Origin: Chrysomallon squamiferum | Lineage: Eukaryota > Animalia > Mollusca | NCBI GenBank assembly: GCA_012295275.1 | Contig: CM022669.1 | Location: 1,736,001-1,800,000, forward strand | Length of the DNA: 64,000 nt | Direction of reading: 5' to 3' | Shown: one piece after another, positions 43,101-53,900 of the stretch | How positions within the stretch are numbered: position 1 is the stretch's first letter | How the letters are laid out: every line of letters begins with the position of its first letter | Position numbers and translations under genes: made by a program | The notes under the pieces: model-generated | Databases searched by the model: none | Told to the model about the DNA's origin: nothing | The model's input: only the letters and a program-made list of their open reading frames with translations

Positions 43101-46100
43101 TCAAAAATAGGCACTGTTTTTCAAAACACAATTTATTTTATAATAAAAAGATTCAAAACATTTTAGGCAAAAATAATAGTTCCACTCACACCAGATGTAG
43201 GAATATAATCATGTTTTATCTTTTTAAATTCTCAAAACTAAACTTGGCTATGTTTAGATGAATACCCATTTGTAAGGAGTCAAGTGTGACAGATTTATTG
43301 GTTTTCCTCTTTGATGATATTTTTGCTATAGTTTTTATTTCAAGCCAGTACTTCACAACAGGTTTATCATATCAAGACTGGGCTATGTGCTTTCCTCTTT
43401 TTAGGAAGTTGCACATAATATTTTAATAAAATCCAATTTTATCTTCTTTTTTGTTTTTTTATTCTACTGAAAGGTTTTTTAGGGTGGGGTAACAAAAAAT
43501 AGATTTATTTATCATGTCTTGCTCCCCCTATTCTATCCAGTTTTTGTGATATTTCTGTTTCAGATAAGAAACAAACGTCACAAACATCGACAGATGATGC
43601 TCAAATAGCTTTATTACGGAGTCAGATATTAGCTGTCCATCAAGAAAATGATCAGCTCAAAGAAAAATTAAAGGTAAAACATAGAATCAAAAGCTTTTAG
43701 CAAATGTTCTGCCAACAGGCCCTAGCCTCTTGCAGAATGTGAATACTGGTCATTATATTTTAATATCGACACTCAAAATATTTAGAAAATTTTCAGGAAG
43801 TTTTTATTAACAAGATAAACATTAAATTAATTATTTTTTCCACATTTTTTAAAGACATTTTAAATAATTTTCTTTTCCAGTCACTTATGGGAAGCTTCTC
43901 CCTGTATTTTTCAGTTTGAAAAAGACTTTTTCTCCTCTGATATAGAAAAATTACAACAGCTTCAGGAACAAATTACCAGGCTTGAAGAAGAAAAAGATGA
44001 CTTGAAAGTTCATATCCTGAAAGTAAGCCCTTATAACTGGAAACCGTTATTATTTGAACAAGACACTTTTTATTTTATTTACCATTTAAATGAACAATAG
44101 CTTCTGAAACTTTTACCATTTAAGAGAAATTACATTGTGGAGAACTTTCAGAAAGGTTTTCTCTTTAAATCAGACTTCTAAAGTGTTTATCATTTGAATA
44201 GATCTCTGCTGTGAACAGCTTTTAAAATTTATCTGTGACATTCAAATCTCATATTTATGGATATAATACATAAAAAACAAAGATATGCTTGCTATACATT
44301 TCTGTTCCTAAAACGTAATCTGAGTATAATATAGAACTAACAAAGTTACCTCATGGTTGCTGAATGAGGAAACATTATTTTGTTTCTTGGAATAATATTT
44401 TTTTAATATTATTTCAGACAAAGGAAAACAGTGAAACTGAGAAATTGTCTGTTGCTGTTGATCATGAAGAACTTGTACAAGAAAACAGGAATCTAAAAGA
44501 AGAATTAGAAATGATGAAAACCAGGTTATCCTTGGATTCAGAAAGTCGAGAACAACTTCTAGAACAGAACAAAAAACTAGCTGAGCAGCTGGAAGAAATG
44601 AAAAACAGGAAAGAAGCTGTCAACCATGTTGAAAATTATTCTGGAGAGGATGGAGGTAGTCAAGAGAAATCAGAAGGCCAAAAACAAATGGACTTGGAAT
44701 TGTTGCAGATTCAAAATGAGCAACTCACTAGTCAATGCTCACAGCTTTCTGAGGAGTTAGAGAAACTCAGAACAAATTTCAATGCTATTTTGAAGGCTGG
44801 AGACAATCTACAGACAGACTTTGACTTGCTGCAGAATGAGAAGGAGAAGTTGCAGGAGGAGTTTGAGAGGATGATTCAAGAGAAGGAGGAGCTTGTGAAG
44901 GAGAATGAATTTCTGTTGTCAGATGGCAATGCTCTGCATGAGGATCTCAAGAAACTGGTTCATGAGCTGGAGAAGATGCATGAGAAACTAAAGAAAGTCC
45001 AAAAAGAAAAGGATGACTCTGTTAGAATATCTACAGCAGTCAGTTTGTCAGGAAAAGTTGGGGAGTTCACTAAACTCCTGGAGGAGCGAGATCAGTTGAA
45101 AAATCAGCTAGAGGAGCTGACAGAGGAATGGACACACATGCAGCATGACCAGGAAATCCTGGTTGAAGAGGTGCAGAGTCTACAGGAGCAAGTGACACTG
45201 CTCAGCACAGAGAGAGACAAACTTCAAACAAATGCTGATGATGTAGAAACATTACTGCAACAACATGAAGTTTTAACACAAGATTATATTCAACTTGAAC
45301 AAGTATGTAAACCATTAAGTGTCTGCATAACTGTTTTGAAATACTTCTATAAATCTTAACTCAAAAACCAGAACTTAAAAAACACCACCCCCAAAAATAT
45401 ACACATCTTTTAATTCTTAATTAATTAATTAAAACTTTTGTTGGTTTGTTTTTTTTGTTACATTTTTATCCATATTTCTGTTTAATAATATACAAAAATA
45501 AAATAACTTGATATTCATTATTCAGGATTATGCAGAACTTCTGAAGGAGAAAGAAAAACTAGAACAGGATTTACTAGATGGACAAACAAAGATTTTTGAC
45601 AAGGACGTGAGAGGTGTTGATGATCTGGCCAGAGAGAACAAAACACTTGGTTATGAGAAAGAACAGCTAGAAATGACAATCACAGAGCTCTCCAAGGCCA
45701 ATGCCTTACTGGAAGAAGAACTTGGACACAGGCAGCAGGAACAGAACCATATACAGAGCTGTCTTGACCACAAAAAAGACGGTGCAATTGATGTGCCACT
45801 GCAGTCAGCCATGTTGGTCGAGAAAGAGCAACAAGTACAGAATCTTCAGCAGCAAGTTTCTATTTTGCAGATACAGTTGGCAGTGAGTTAAATAAATTTA
45901 CTTAGATATTTATACAAATAATTAGTGTTTTCTATAAGATAAAGTGATGGATTTATTTTTGGATATTCCAGAAATTCTATTAGACAAGACAACAATGTAT
46001 CAAGCTAAATTATTTACTTGTGTTTGGCAGAAGTCTAGATAATGTTATTGTTTTAACAATTTCTTATAAAAATAAAAAATTAAATAATTAAAAAAATAAT

Positions 46101-46672
46101 AATAAAAAGACTATTTTAAATAATTTATTTTAAAAATCCTTACCTAAAGAGAGTGACATTTAAAAAAAAAAATGATATCTCCTTGACAGATGGTTTATTA
46201 TAGGTACTATGAATTAATTAAGATGTATTTTTCAGGAGTTTGATAAACAACACAGGGAAATTGTGAATACCTATAGGACTCACCTTATTAGTGCAGTACA
46301 GGTGAGGGGAAAAAACTTATTTTAATGCATTTCATTGAATGATAGAGCACAAACTTAATATATCTTTTCTTGCATGATCAGTCTTTTTTTGTTATTTAGT
46401 TCTGTGATAAAGATTCATTACTGTTATATTGGTGAGCAGAAAAGAAATGGTTCACTTTACATTGATGTAGGCTGAAATGGAAAACTGCCAAATTAGCAAG
46501 TATTTTTATTAAATGTTAATGCAAACAAAAATATATCAAAAGCTTTATCAAAAAGAAAAAAATGCAGTCATTTCTATTGTTATTTTTATTTTAACAGGGA
46601 CATATGGATACCACTTTAAAAAAAAAACTACATCAGATTATTGTACTCAGAAGCATGGAACAGTTTTGTTAG
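31093..46672 (+). CDS. RAI14: RAI14/UACA/ANKRD24/ANKRD35-family ankyrin-repeat and coiled-coil protein, whole gene span (21 coding exons, ~998 aa)
   Basis: The exons join in frame with GT-AG sites. The N-terminus EWNKNDDKLLKAVEAGDVKKV matches RAI14 [21 protein letters not shown]. About 6-7 ankyrin repeats and a long coiled coil follow. The C-terminus KQHREIVNTYRTHLISAVQGHMD matches RAI14 [23 protein letters not shown]. Probably co-orthologous to all four vertebrate paralogues. Confidence 0.88.
32212..32342 (+). CDS. RAI14: RAI14-like exon 2
   Basis: tttcag|LSEWNKNDDKLLKAVEAGDVKKVNSILTKKTLVLTKLGPRGHN|gtaagt. Confidence 0.92.
33830..34080 (+). mobile_element. Degenerate SINE-like core repeat, copy 1
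   Basis: TTCCAGCCAG...CAAAGG...GGTGCTTATAAAAGATC and an A-rich tail; similar to 43270-43420 and to a recalled gastropod tRNA-SINE core. Confidence 0.4.
34587..34675 (+). CDS. RAI14: RAI14-like exon 3 (ankyrin repeat)
   Basis: FHIACAMGNEQVVERLLKYSNDVSHPTIQ; 89 nt; phases fit both neighbours. Confidence 0.9.
36160..36224 (+). CDS. RAI14: RAI14-like exon 4 (ankyrin repeat)
   Basis: GTTALQLAAAKGHTSVVHQLLQ; 65 nt. Confidence 0.9.
36408..36536 (+). CDS. RAI14: RAI14-like exon 5 (ankyrin repeat)
   Basis: ANAEVDMQDSNNMTALHHACAGLHLECVQVLLSGNASPHTKET|gtaagt. Confidence 0.92.
36776..36882 (+). CDS. RAI14: RAI14-like exon 6 (ankyrin repeat)
   Basis: TGKTPLFYAAHRGDVAICKWLVDKGADVNASDMYQ|gttagt. Confidence 0.92.
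37389..37483 (+). CDS. RAI14: RAI14-like exon 7 (ankyrin repeat)
   Basis: TSLIVASKEGHKEVVEFLLKKGAIPDHQDKE. Confidence 0.9.
37695..37955 (+). mobile_element. pogo/Tigger-type non-autonomous element resembling Tigger4/MER46
   Basis: Collinear blocks ATCCCTTATTTGAAATGCTCGGGACTGGAAGT, AAGTCTAAA, CATTTATATTTCAT, AATATTTTTTAATAATTTTG, AAAGTTTGTAC, TGTCACTAT and terminal ACCTG|TA match my recollection of the Tigger4/MER46 consensus. Confidence 0.6.
37981..38085 (+). CDS. RAI14: RAI14-like exon 8
   Basis: GRSALNYALIAGHHFMKEVFAKAPTRASWDVDPSN|gtatgt. Confidence 0.88.
38199..38449 (+). repeat. 37-bp minisatellite, ~6.5 copies
   Basis: Unit ACATCACCAGACATCACCCAAATACCCATACATTTCC. Confidence 0.9.
38563..38633 (+). 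CDS. RAI14: RAI14-like exon 9 (linker)
   Basis: SSTIVVEDRNSIQSEPEPEMTNQ; phase 1/0 fits. Confidence 0.7.
39010..39114 (+). CDS. RAI14: RAI14-like exon 10 (linker)
   Basis: VDVVNTFSNNSPTLNHKDIAENKENQETDLLISAE; phase 0/0. Confidence 0.65.
39775..39864 (+). CDS. RAI14: RAI14-like exon 11
   Basis: PNHTDSKKKCVTSENAEHFLNYKKTKQALK|gtaaag. Confidence 0.7.
40469..40585 (+). CDS. RAI14: RAI14-like exon 12 (coiled coil)
   Basis: DLEEEHEQLNEELHNMSLEKMKLQDRVEFLTKKMEHRTE. Confidence 0.85.
40874..40918 (+). CDS. RAI14: RAI14-like exon 13 (45 nt, weak donor)
   Basis: tttcag|DQEREEQVQQDLNEE|gtctct. Confidence 0.6.
42544..42636 (+). CDS. RAI14: RAI14-like exon 14 (alternative in-frame donor possible at 42678)
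   Basis: IKNLRNLLEEEQERSRDLSLRLLHSSNKDAQ|gtgatt; the frame stays open to CAG|gtaatt at 42678. Confidence 0.75.
42770..42962 (+). repeat. Duplicated intronic element, copy A
   Basis: Collinear with 44203-44397 (GAACAGCTTTTA, TGACATTCA, ATATTTATGGAT, GATATGCTTGCTATA, TTTCTGTTCCTAA, TTACCTCA, TTGCTGAATGAGGAAA, TGGAATAATA). Confidence 0.85.
42994..43075 (+). CDS. RAI14: RAI14-like exon 15
   Basis: DTNNQDVQSEPVTRDSWGDSDDEFDIF|gtaaat. Confidence 0.8.
43270..43420 (+). mobile_element. Degenerate SINE-like core repeat, copy 2
   Basis: CAAGCCAGTACTTCACAACAGGTTTATC...GCTATGTGCTTTCCTC...AAGTTGCACATAA. Confidence 0.4.
43564..43673 (+). CDS. RAI14: RAI14-like exon 16
   Basis: KKQTSQTSTDDAQIALLRSQILAVHQENDQLKEKLK|gtaaaa. 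Confidence 0.85.
43915..44022 (+). CDS. RAI14: RAI14-like exon 17
   Basis: FEKDFFSSDIEKLQQLQEQITRLEEEKDDLKVHILK|gtaagc. Confidence 0.8.
44203..44397 (+). repeat. Duplicated intronic element, copy B
   Basis: Collinear with 42770-42962; both copies sit immediately 5' of a splice acceptor. Confidence 0.85.
44418..45302 (+). CDS. RAI14: RAI14-like exon 18 (large coiled-coil exon, 295 codons)
   Basis: Lies within ORF 44364-45359; E/K/L/Q-rich heptads; atttcag acceptor, gtatgt donor. Confidence 0.92.
45526..45882 (+). CDS. RAI14: RAI14-like exon 19 (coiled coil)
   Basis: DYAELLKEKEKLEQ...QVSILQIQLA|gtgagt. Confidence 0.9.
46236..46301 (+). CDS. RAI14: RAI14-like exon 20 (conserved C-terminal motif)
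   Basis: EFDKQHREIVNTYRTHLISAVQ|gtgagg. Confidence 0.92.
46598..46672 (+). CDS. RAI14: RAI14-like last coding exon
   Basis: GHMDTTLKKKLHQIIVLRSMEQFC*, like the RAI14 tail GQMDEDVQKVLKQILTM. Confidence 0.88.
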   Translation, partial: GHMDTTLKKKLHQIIVLRSMEQFC

Positions 46673-49600
46673 CAGAAGAAGTGTTAAGTAATTTGATTAA
46701 CATTTATGAAAAGAAGCAGTGCGAACGAGTAGTATAATATTTTAAAGAAGAACATTAATTCTTTTGAACTTTGGTTTTTTTTATTGTGATTTACTAAGTC
46801 TTTATATTTTAAGGAATTATGTATTTCAGGTTAACAAACAAGACTAATAAATAATTTTAAAAACCATTGTTAATAATTGAAAAGTTTATTAATAAAGTTT
46901 TATTTATATTAACATCAAACTAATTATTAATTTGATAACATTAATATAGTTGAAATTAATATATAAAGTAGACACATTTACATAATCATTGATTTCCAAT
47001 TATTTTTCTTAACATAACTGCAGCTCATTGTTTAAACTGTGATACACTGACACCTCTCTACAGTTTGACAGTAATACTGAGATTATCATAGAAAACCATT
47101 TTCTTCAATTTATGATTAAAATAATAGGCTTCACTAAAACAATATTTTAGGCAAATATTATGTCTTTCATTTTTAATGATCTTAAAAGAACATTATTAAA
47201 TAAATGTTACTCACAAAAAACTTTATTTTTTTAATTATTATTTTATTTGTGAAATGAATTGGTGCATCATAAGAGATCTTTCTAACATATAAGGCTTATA
47301 TTTTGCCATAGAATTCTCTTACTTTGTGTGTTTAATAAGACTGGAAATTTAATTATTTAGATTCATTTATATAGAATTATATAATTAATGTTACTGCTGT
47401 ATCTACATAATTTATTAACTTTTCAGATGTCTCATCAAAATGTTAAGTAATAAAGTTAAATATTCTGTCTGTTTTTCAAAGTTTCGAAATTTAACTGAAG
47501 TTTTTGTTCAGTATCATATCACAAATTAATACTGATGTTTCAGAGATCCTAATACAATATTAAAATACACGATTTCTTTATCCATAATTTAAACAATATT
47601 AAATTTTAAAACATTTTGTGAATCAGTTTTTTCAAACATAAACTAAAATTTTATAACTTTAAATCCTTTAGTGTCTTCCTTAATTTATTACACATATGTA
47701 TGTTTATTTTTTGTTGCCTTTCTTTTAAAAATAAATTCCCTAATTTACAACTGAAAGATCTAATATATATGACTTTTTAAAAAAATAATCATAATTATTT
47801 CTTGTACAGTTTTTGTTACAAGCAATGTGTTGTGTTAAGCAACATTTTGTTATGTTGTGAAAAAGATTTTTATGATAATTTATTTAAAATATATATTATG
47901 TTTGTATTGTGTTATTTTCAAATAATATAAATAATATACAGCCTATTGCAAAGAATATCATTTATATTTTATTTTATTTTCCAGTTACATTTTAAAGGGT
48001 ATAACATACCTGTAATAATATATCAGTACATGATAATTGTAAACACTTAAATTTTAGAGCCAATTTATAAAAAAAATTTCATAGATTAATTAATTAATTA
48101 ATATATTTTAAATAATTTTTTTAAGGATTTATTCTAATCACAATATCCAATTTCCTATAATAAAATAAAGAAAGAAAAGAAGGAAATTAATGATTAATAT
48201 AAAAAAGAAACAGCTATATTTATCAAAATAAACAACAAAAAACTCCAGTATTTTTTGTTGGTTTGAAAAAATAAATCATTTAGCAGATTTTATTATTAAG
48301 AAATAAAATGAAAATGTTGTTACTGTTTTTTTTTTTTATCAAACTACTTGAAAATAATTTGTTTAGATTTAGTCAGTTGTCTGTTGATAAAAACAGTGTT
48401 ACAATATGTTCTTTGAAGATAGATAATAAAAATATATTTTGTTACAGATTTATATTTGTGATATACATTTTTGTTAGTGTAATTCCCACCATTAATTTTT
48501 TTAAATAGTTATAGTGTGCTGCTCAGGAAAATATGAAACCAAAATTGTCATTATGTTGTTGTTGTTTTTTTTAAATTTAATAATTCTTAGTTTTGTATGT
48601 GTATATATATGTATGTTTTGGGGGTGTTTGTTGCTTTTATTACATTTGATGTTTCAATTTTTAGTTTTTTAATTGTGTTTGTTTTAAATTATATATATTA
48701 TATTTTGGGGTTTTTATTTATTATTTATTATTTATGTTCACTCTTTATTTCCTTTACTATTTCTTTAATGGTAATACTGATAAAATATTACTTCTATTAA
48801 ACTTCTGTTTCATAAAAATATTATTTATGTGCACACATACAGAATTCAACTGAGTTATATACTGATGATCTTTATGTTGGAGAAAAATATTATTTTTAAG
48901 TTTGTGAAGATTGTTATTACATAATAATACCAAATCTTAAGAACTGAGAACAAATGTAATTCATTTTGTAAGGTTTAGATTTATCCAAAAAACAAAAAAG
49001 TAATATAAACCAGTTTTTCCATTGAATTACATTCCATTATTTTTTTGAGACAGATGTTCGGCTAAAATGAGTATTATTTTACTCAAGACTGTACATAAAC
49101 TGAAAACTTATCCACCTATATACTAACATGTACACACCTTACACAATGGTTTCCTAATACTGTTTGTATGTTTTATTTTTGTACAGTAGTTTCAAGTGAA
49201 CTGTACAAATTTACAAGTGTATTAACAACTTCGCACTGATGCATAATGAAAATATATATTACATATCCTGTAACTAAACTAATTATATTAAATAAAGTTG
49301 TTTCATCTTGTTTTTGAAATGTAGAATTTTATTGTATTTTATATTGTTAACAATATGTATAAGTATTATATAACTGAATGTTATAATTTTATTTTATTAT
49401 TACTTTTTTTATTTGTTTTATACAAAACAAAGTAAATTTATAGCAATTTATATGCATCTCCAAAGGCTTAGTTAATAAATATTGTTTTTCAGTAATAGAA
49501 AACAATTATCTGAAAAAGACTAAACATGTATTTCATATAAACAAATTATAATTTTAAATGGTTGAGTACACATTTTTATTTCATCATATTTTTTATTTAT

Positions 49601-50339
49601 TTATACAAGAATGGTACGTTTAATTGAGATTAGTAAAAAGAACAAACAATAATAGCCAACACAAAAAAAACAAAAACCATAATTTTAAACTATTACACAG
49701 TTACAATCAGATTTATAGTCTGTTCATCTTAAACATTTTTAAGCTTGCAAATAATGAAAAAATCAAAATGAGCTTGCTGTTTTCAAATTTAGTAATACTG
49801 GTCAATAATAATCAAATTTTGGGAGGCAAAAGTTTTAAGTGAAAAATAATTAGCTTAAAAAAGAAAAAAAAAAGGCTCCAAGATTTTGTATGAGCATATT
49901 AAATTTATTAATTATTGTTTTTTCTTGTCAGAAACAAAAATACTAAGTTATCTTCTTTAAACATAACCATAATGTGAATAAACTATAAAAAAGTAATATT
50001 CACATTGAAATGATTAAAGCTGCCTATTCATTAGTCTTTTTCCTGACTAATCACAACTAATTTAACTACCTTTAAGAATTTCAATAAAAGTAAAAATATA
50101 TCATCGAAACATAAATTATTAAAAATTTAATGACAAATATCATACTTTATTACCAATATTTTATATTAAGTAGTGCAATAAAATACAATATTTACTGTTT
50201 AACATGCAATGTTTTCACTGAAAATTTTGTTTCAAGTACAATTTATCATTATAACCATTGAGATAATATAACATTATTTTTGAACATTAGAATAAAATAA
50301 AAAATAGAAATAATGTAGACACTGAAACATTACCAAAAG

Positions 50340-50800
50340 CTCAGTTTTTGCAATCATGGGTCATCCAGAGATATGGTCAACAGTCAGTCTCCTCAAACTC
50401 ACTTCTCATCCTGCACCGTGGGTTGTACTATGGTAAGATCATGTGCCCCTAGTATATGTAGAATTATTTTGAACTTGGTAGCATTGTTCCAGGCAGAATA
50501 GAATTTCTTCTGCTTCTCATGCTGGTAGACTAACTTCATGATTTTGTCTTCTGTCTACTCCAAGTATGCATTCTGCCTAACAGTGGTCATTTTGTACATC
50601 TTCCTGTCAGTCTGGACAGATAGTCTGTCCATATCCTTGTCTTTGTGTCAGTTTTCTTCAGTTTGTTCATCTACCAATTGATGATTGATTCTGTTTCTTT
50701 TGATGTCCTACCCATAATTGGTATTGTTAAGCTCAGTATTCAGTAGAGCAGTGTAAAATAACAGTGGCGACAGTGATTGATCCTGTGGCACTGTTGAGTC
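50340..50800 (-). mobile_element. Internally deleted R4/Dong-clade (RLE) non-LTR retrotransposon fossil
   Basis: Reverse strand: QDQSLSPLLFYTALLNTELNNTNYG*DIKRNRINH (RT QGDSLSPLLF motif), DMDRL, YKMTTVRQNAYLE*TEDKIMKLVYQHEKQKKFYS, PRCRMRSEFEET.VDHISG.PMIAKTE (zinc knuckle). Abuts a (TAA)n tract. Confidence 0.78.
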
Positions 50801-50899
50801 GTTATTATTATTATTATTTTAAAAGCATTTAAAATCTGTACAAGATGAATTTTATTTTCAAAAAAAAAAAAAAATGAAAAAGCTCATGGTAAACGTTAT

Positions 50900-50985
50900 T
50901 TATGACTTCTCTTTGCTGGCTAGAAGAACATAATTTCTTGGAGAGAGACGTGGTTCAAAGATGGGTACAAGAATACTGGATACAC
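50900..50985 (-). CDS. METTL25B: METTL25B last exon
   Basis: GVSSILVPIFEPRLSPRNYVLLASKEKS*; AATAAA ~45 nt downstream (50851-50856). Confidence 0.92.
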
Positions 50986-53900
50986 CTATAATAGAAACAT
51001 TATTATTATTATATTATTATTATTATTATTATTACTTGATTTTTATTAGTAGTAATTTTAGTAGAATTACTTTATATTTATTATCATTATTGTCCAGTCC
51101 AAGTATTTATAACTTTACAAATATATAATGTTGTCAAAAATTAAAACAATGTAATATATGGCAAAAATATTTAAATAATTTAAAAAAAGGTTTCTTTCCA
51201 GTTGAACAACTAACAGAACACAATGAGAATAATAATCAGCATGATAATTTCATGACAAATGGTAATTGGACAGGGAGAAAACTATCAAAAATAAATAACA
51301 TGCATAACATGAACACCTTTTTCATGCAGATATGCCACTCTGTCTAATAGGATCAGTGTCTCAATGAGAGGAGCCAGTGAAAGTCGTATTACATAAAAAG
51401 CAACAACATCCTTCCAGTAAGGTAAACAACTTTCAGCTTTCTTCAGCAAATGATCCGGTATTAAGCCAAAATTTTGTTTCTCTGCTATACACTGCACATA
51501 CCTGTACAAAATTAAAAGAATAACAAAATAAATTAGAAAAATAATAAAATACAATCAATACGTTAAATTAACAAATATCTAGCATCAAATATTTTTTAAC
51601 ATTATTAATCTATGGGATATATTAACAGTTTCGTTTCTGCAGTAGTTAATTGTTATATTTTTGCAAAAATTATGTCAGCATAAATTATGTTAATGGTGTT
51701 GAACTGCACCATACAGAAAAGAAAAACAAATTCACATGGAAATTCATAACACAAAAAGTATTTTTCATAACATCCAAATATATTTTGTGTAACTGTATAC
51801 ATCATCTAACCAAAAATGTTACATGACAGTGGTTAATATGACACAGATGTTTCCAACACAGTGGTCATCAGCAACATCGCAGTCCCAACCAATTTCATAT
51901 TCACTAGTTTTTGTAATTCATTTTCTGTATTTTTTGCAAACACACAGACACACATTCACTTTTATTTATATCAACCATGTCATTGGTTTTTGGTTAATCA
52001 GTTTCCACCAGACTGCATAATTTATGTTAATTTGGATAATGTAAGAAGTTATGCAAAATGAATTTGGATGTTTATGAACATGTCTAATGTGTCAGCAGTG
52101 TACTTTCAAGTTGATTTCCCTCAGCTTGCATAATTTCCATTAATAACATAACTTGTTTGTTACATGACATAATATTATTGTCATCAGAAGTGTGCATGTT
52201 AATTTTGTTTTGACCAAATACAAAATTATTTCATTCTGGGTTTGTGCCAGAAGGATTACAGGTAGAAAAGCTTACACTGATCTTTGATTCACAGAATATT
52301 TTTGTATTTTTAATCAAATAACATAACAGAACTAAAGAGAGCCCAGTGTCTCCCATGTATCAGAATAACAATGACAGTAATTACACTTGCTCCATTGACT
52401 TTTAGCAATGATTCTGATACAACTGATTTCCACATCATAGAGCAAAATAAAAATGATAAATGGCTTCATCAATTGGAAAGGTGGTAACTGGTGACCCACA
52501 AGATCTTTTGACCTAGGTATGTGACAAAAAGAAAAAATTATACATCTAATTAAACAGCAGTATTGGATCACGAAGTATAGCAGATGACTGTTAATGGGTT
52601 TTTTTACAATTCATATTTCAAAACCAGATGATTTTGGCCTCTGCTAGAACAATGTTGGCTAATGACAGATTTTGATAATATAGCCTGGACTAATTTAGGA
52701 AGATGCGAACACTTACTTTTGTTTGTGCCTAAATAATTTTCTGAACATATTATTTGTTGGAAAATTAAAAATACTTCTAGAATAGCAAAATAAACATTAA
52801 AAAGTGAAGCAATGGAGAAGAAAGTGAAAAGGGCTTTTTTTCTGAAAAAAACAACAAAAACAGATGAACTATGACAGAAGTTCTCAAGGTTGTGCATGCA
52901 AATGCTAGCAGGGACATGGTAAAAAGAATGATACTTGACATATAGTAACATGTTTGTTGTGATTAATAGTTTTATTTCAACCAACCCTGTGCTGTAAGTC
53001 AACAACAGAAAATCTATTTGAAAATTAATTTGCTGAAAAGTGAATTCTGCCCAATAATTCTCCCATTTTAAATGACTTGTCAGCTCATGTTGATAACTAC
53101 TAAGTGCAGAATAGCAATACAAAGAAAATACTGTGGACTGCAGCAAATTTTGGCTTTCATGTACCCATAGCCACAGCCATAGTGAAATCCTTGATTGTTT
53201 TGTTGAGTTGGCATATAGTATTCTTGTTAAATAAACCTGGAGCTATTACTATACAATACATTTTCTTCTGTAGAGTTAATGGTCAGGTTGTAATAAAAAC
53301 CATATGATTGCAATGGACACGATACCATACTGCCAGAGATGTATGGGTACAAGTAGAGATACTTGGGTCGCAATACTCAACTTTTCATATAAAACATAAA
53401 TTTATGGAACACAATAACCACATGACATGACATGACATGAGTTGTATCAATAACTATGTTCAAGTCAGGTTTGGAAGAAATGGCAGTATGTAAATTTGGA
53501 AATAACGGCAACTGAATTTATTTTAATTCTTGTTTAGTGACATTTAGTTAGTAGTAGGTGAAGTCTTGCTTACAAAAACAATTCATAATGGCTGGTCACA
53601 ACATCCACTGGAAACCTCATGGTAGAGTAATGCTGTGTATACTGTATTTTTAAATGTGATAGTAATATAAACTCTGATATAATACTGTGTTTTGTTAAGC
53701 AAAACCAAGTGATGCTATATATTAATATTCATATATATAACAATACTGCATGAATAAATTGTATTTTCAGAATACTTTTAAGGTTTTTTTTAAGCAACTA
53801 TACCGAAAAAATAAATAGGGTGCCACTCTTTCCAAATGTGCATAGTGCCATTTCTTCTTTTTTGCATGTGCCTTTTTTTCCAGTGCCATTATTTCCTACA

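Noticed and set aside
43881-43914. Upstream alternative acceptor for exon 17
   Set aside because: Adds 34 nt and shifts the frame.
46513-46737. 74-aa ORF as the last exon of the ankyrin gene
   Set aside because: Wrong frame; the conserved tail GHMD...EQFC* is in another frame (46598-46672).
52604-53307. 180-aa ORF and possible hAT/piggyBac remnants in METTL25B intron 8
   Set aside because: No recognisable motif series and no splice fit; too degenerate to call.
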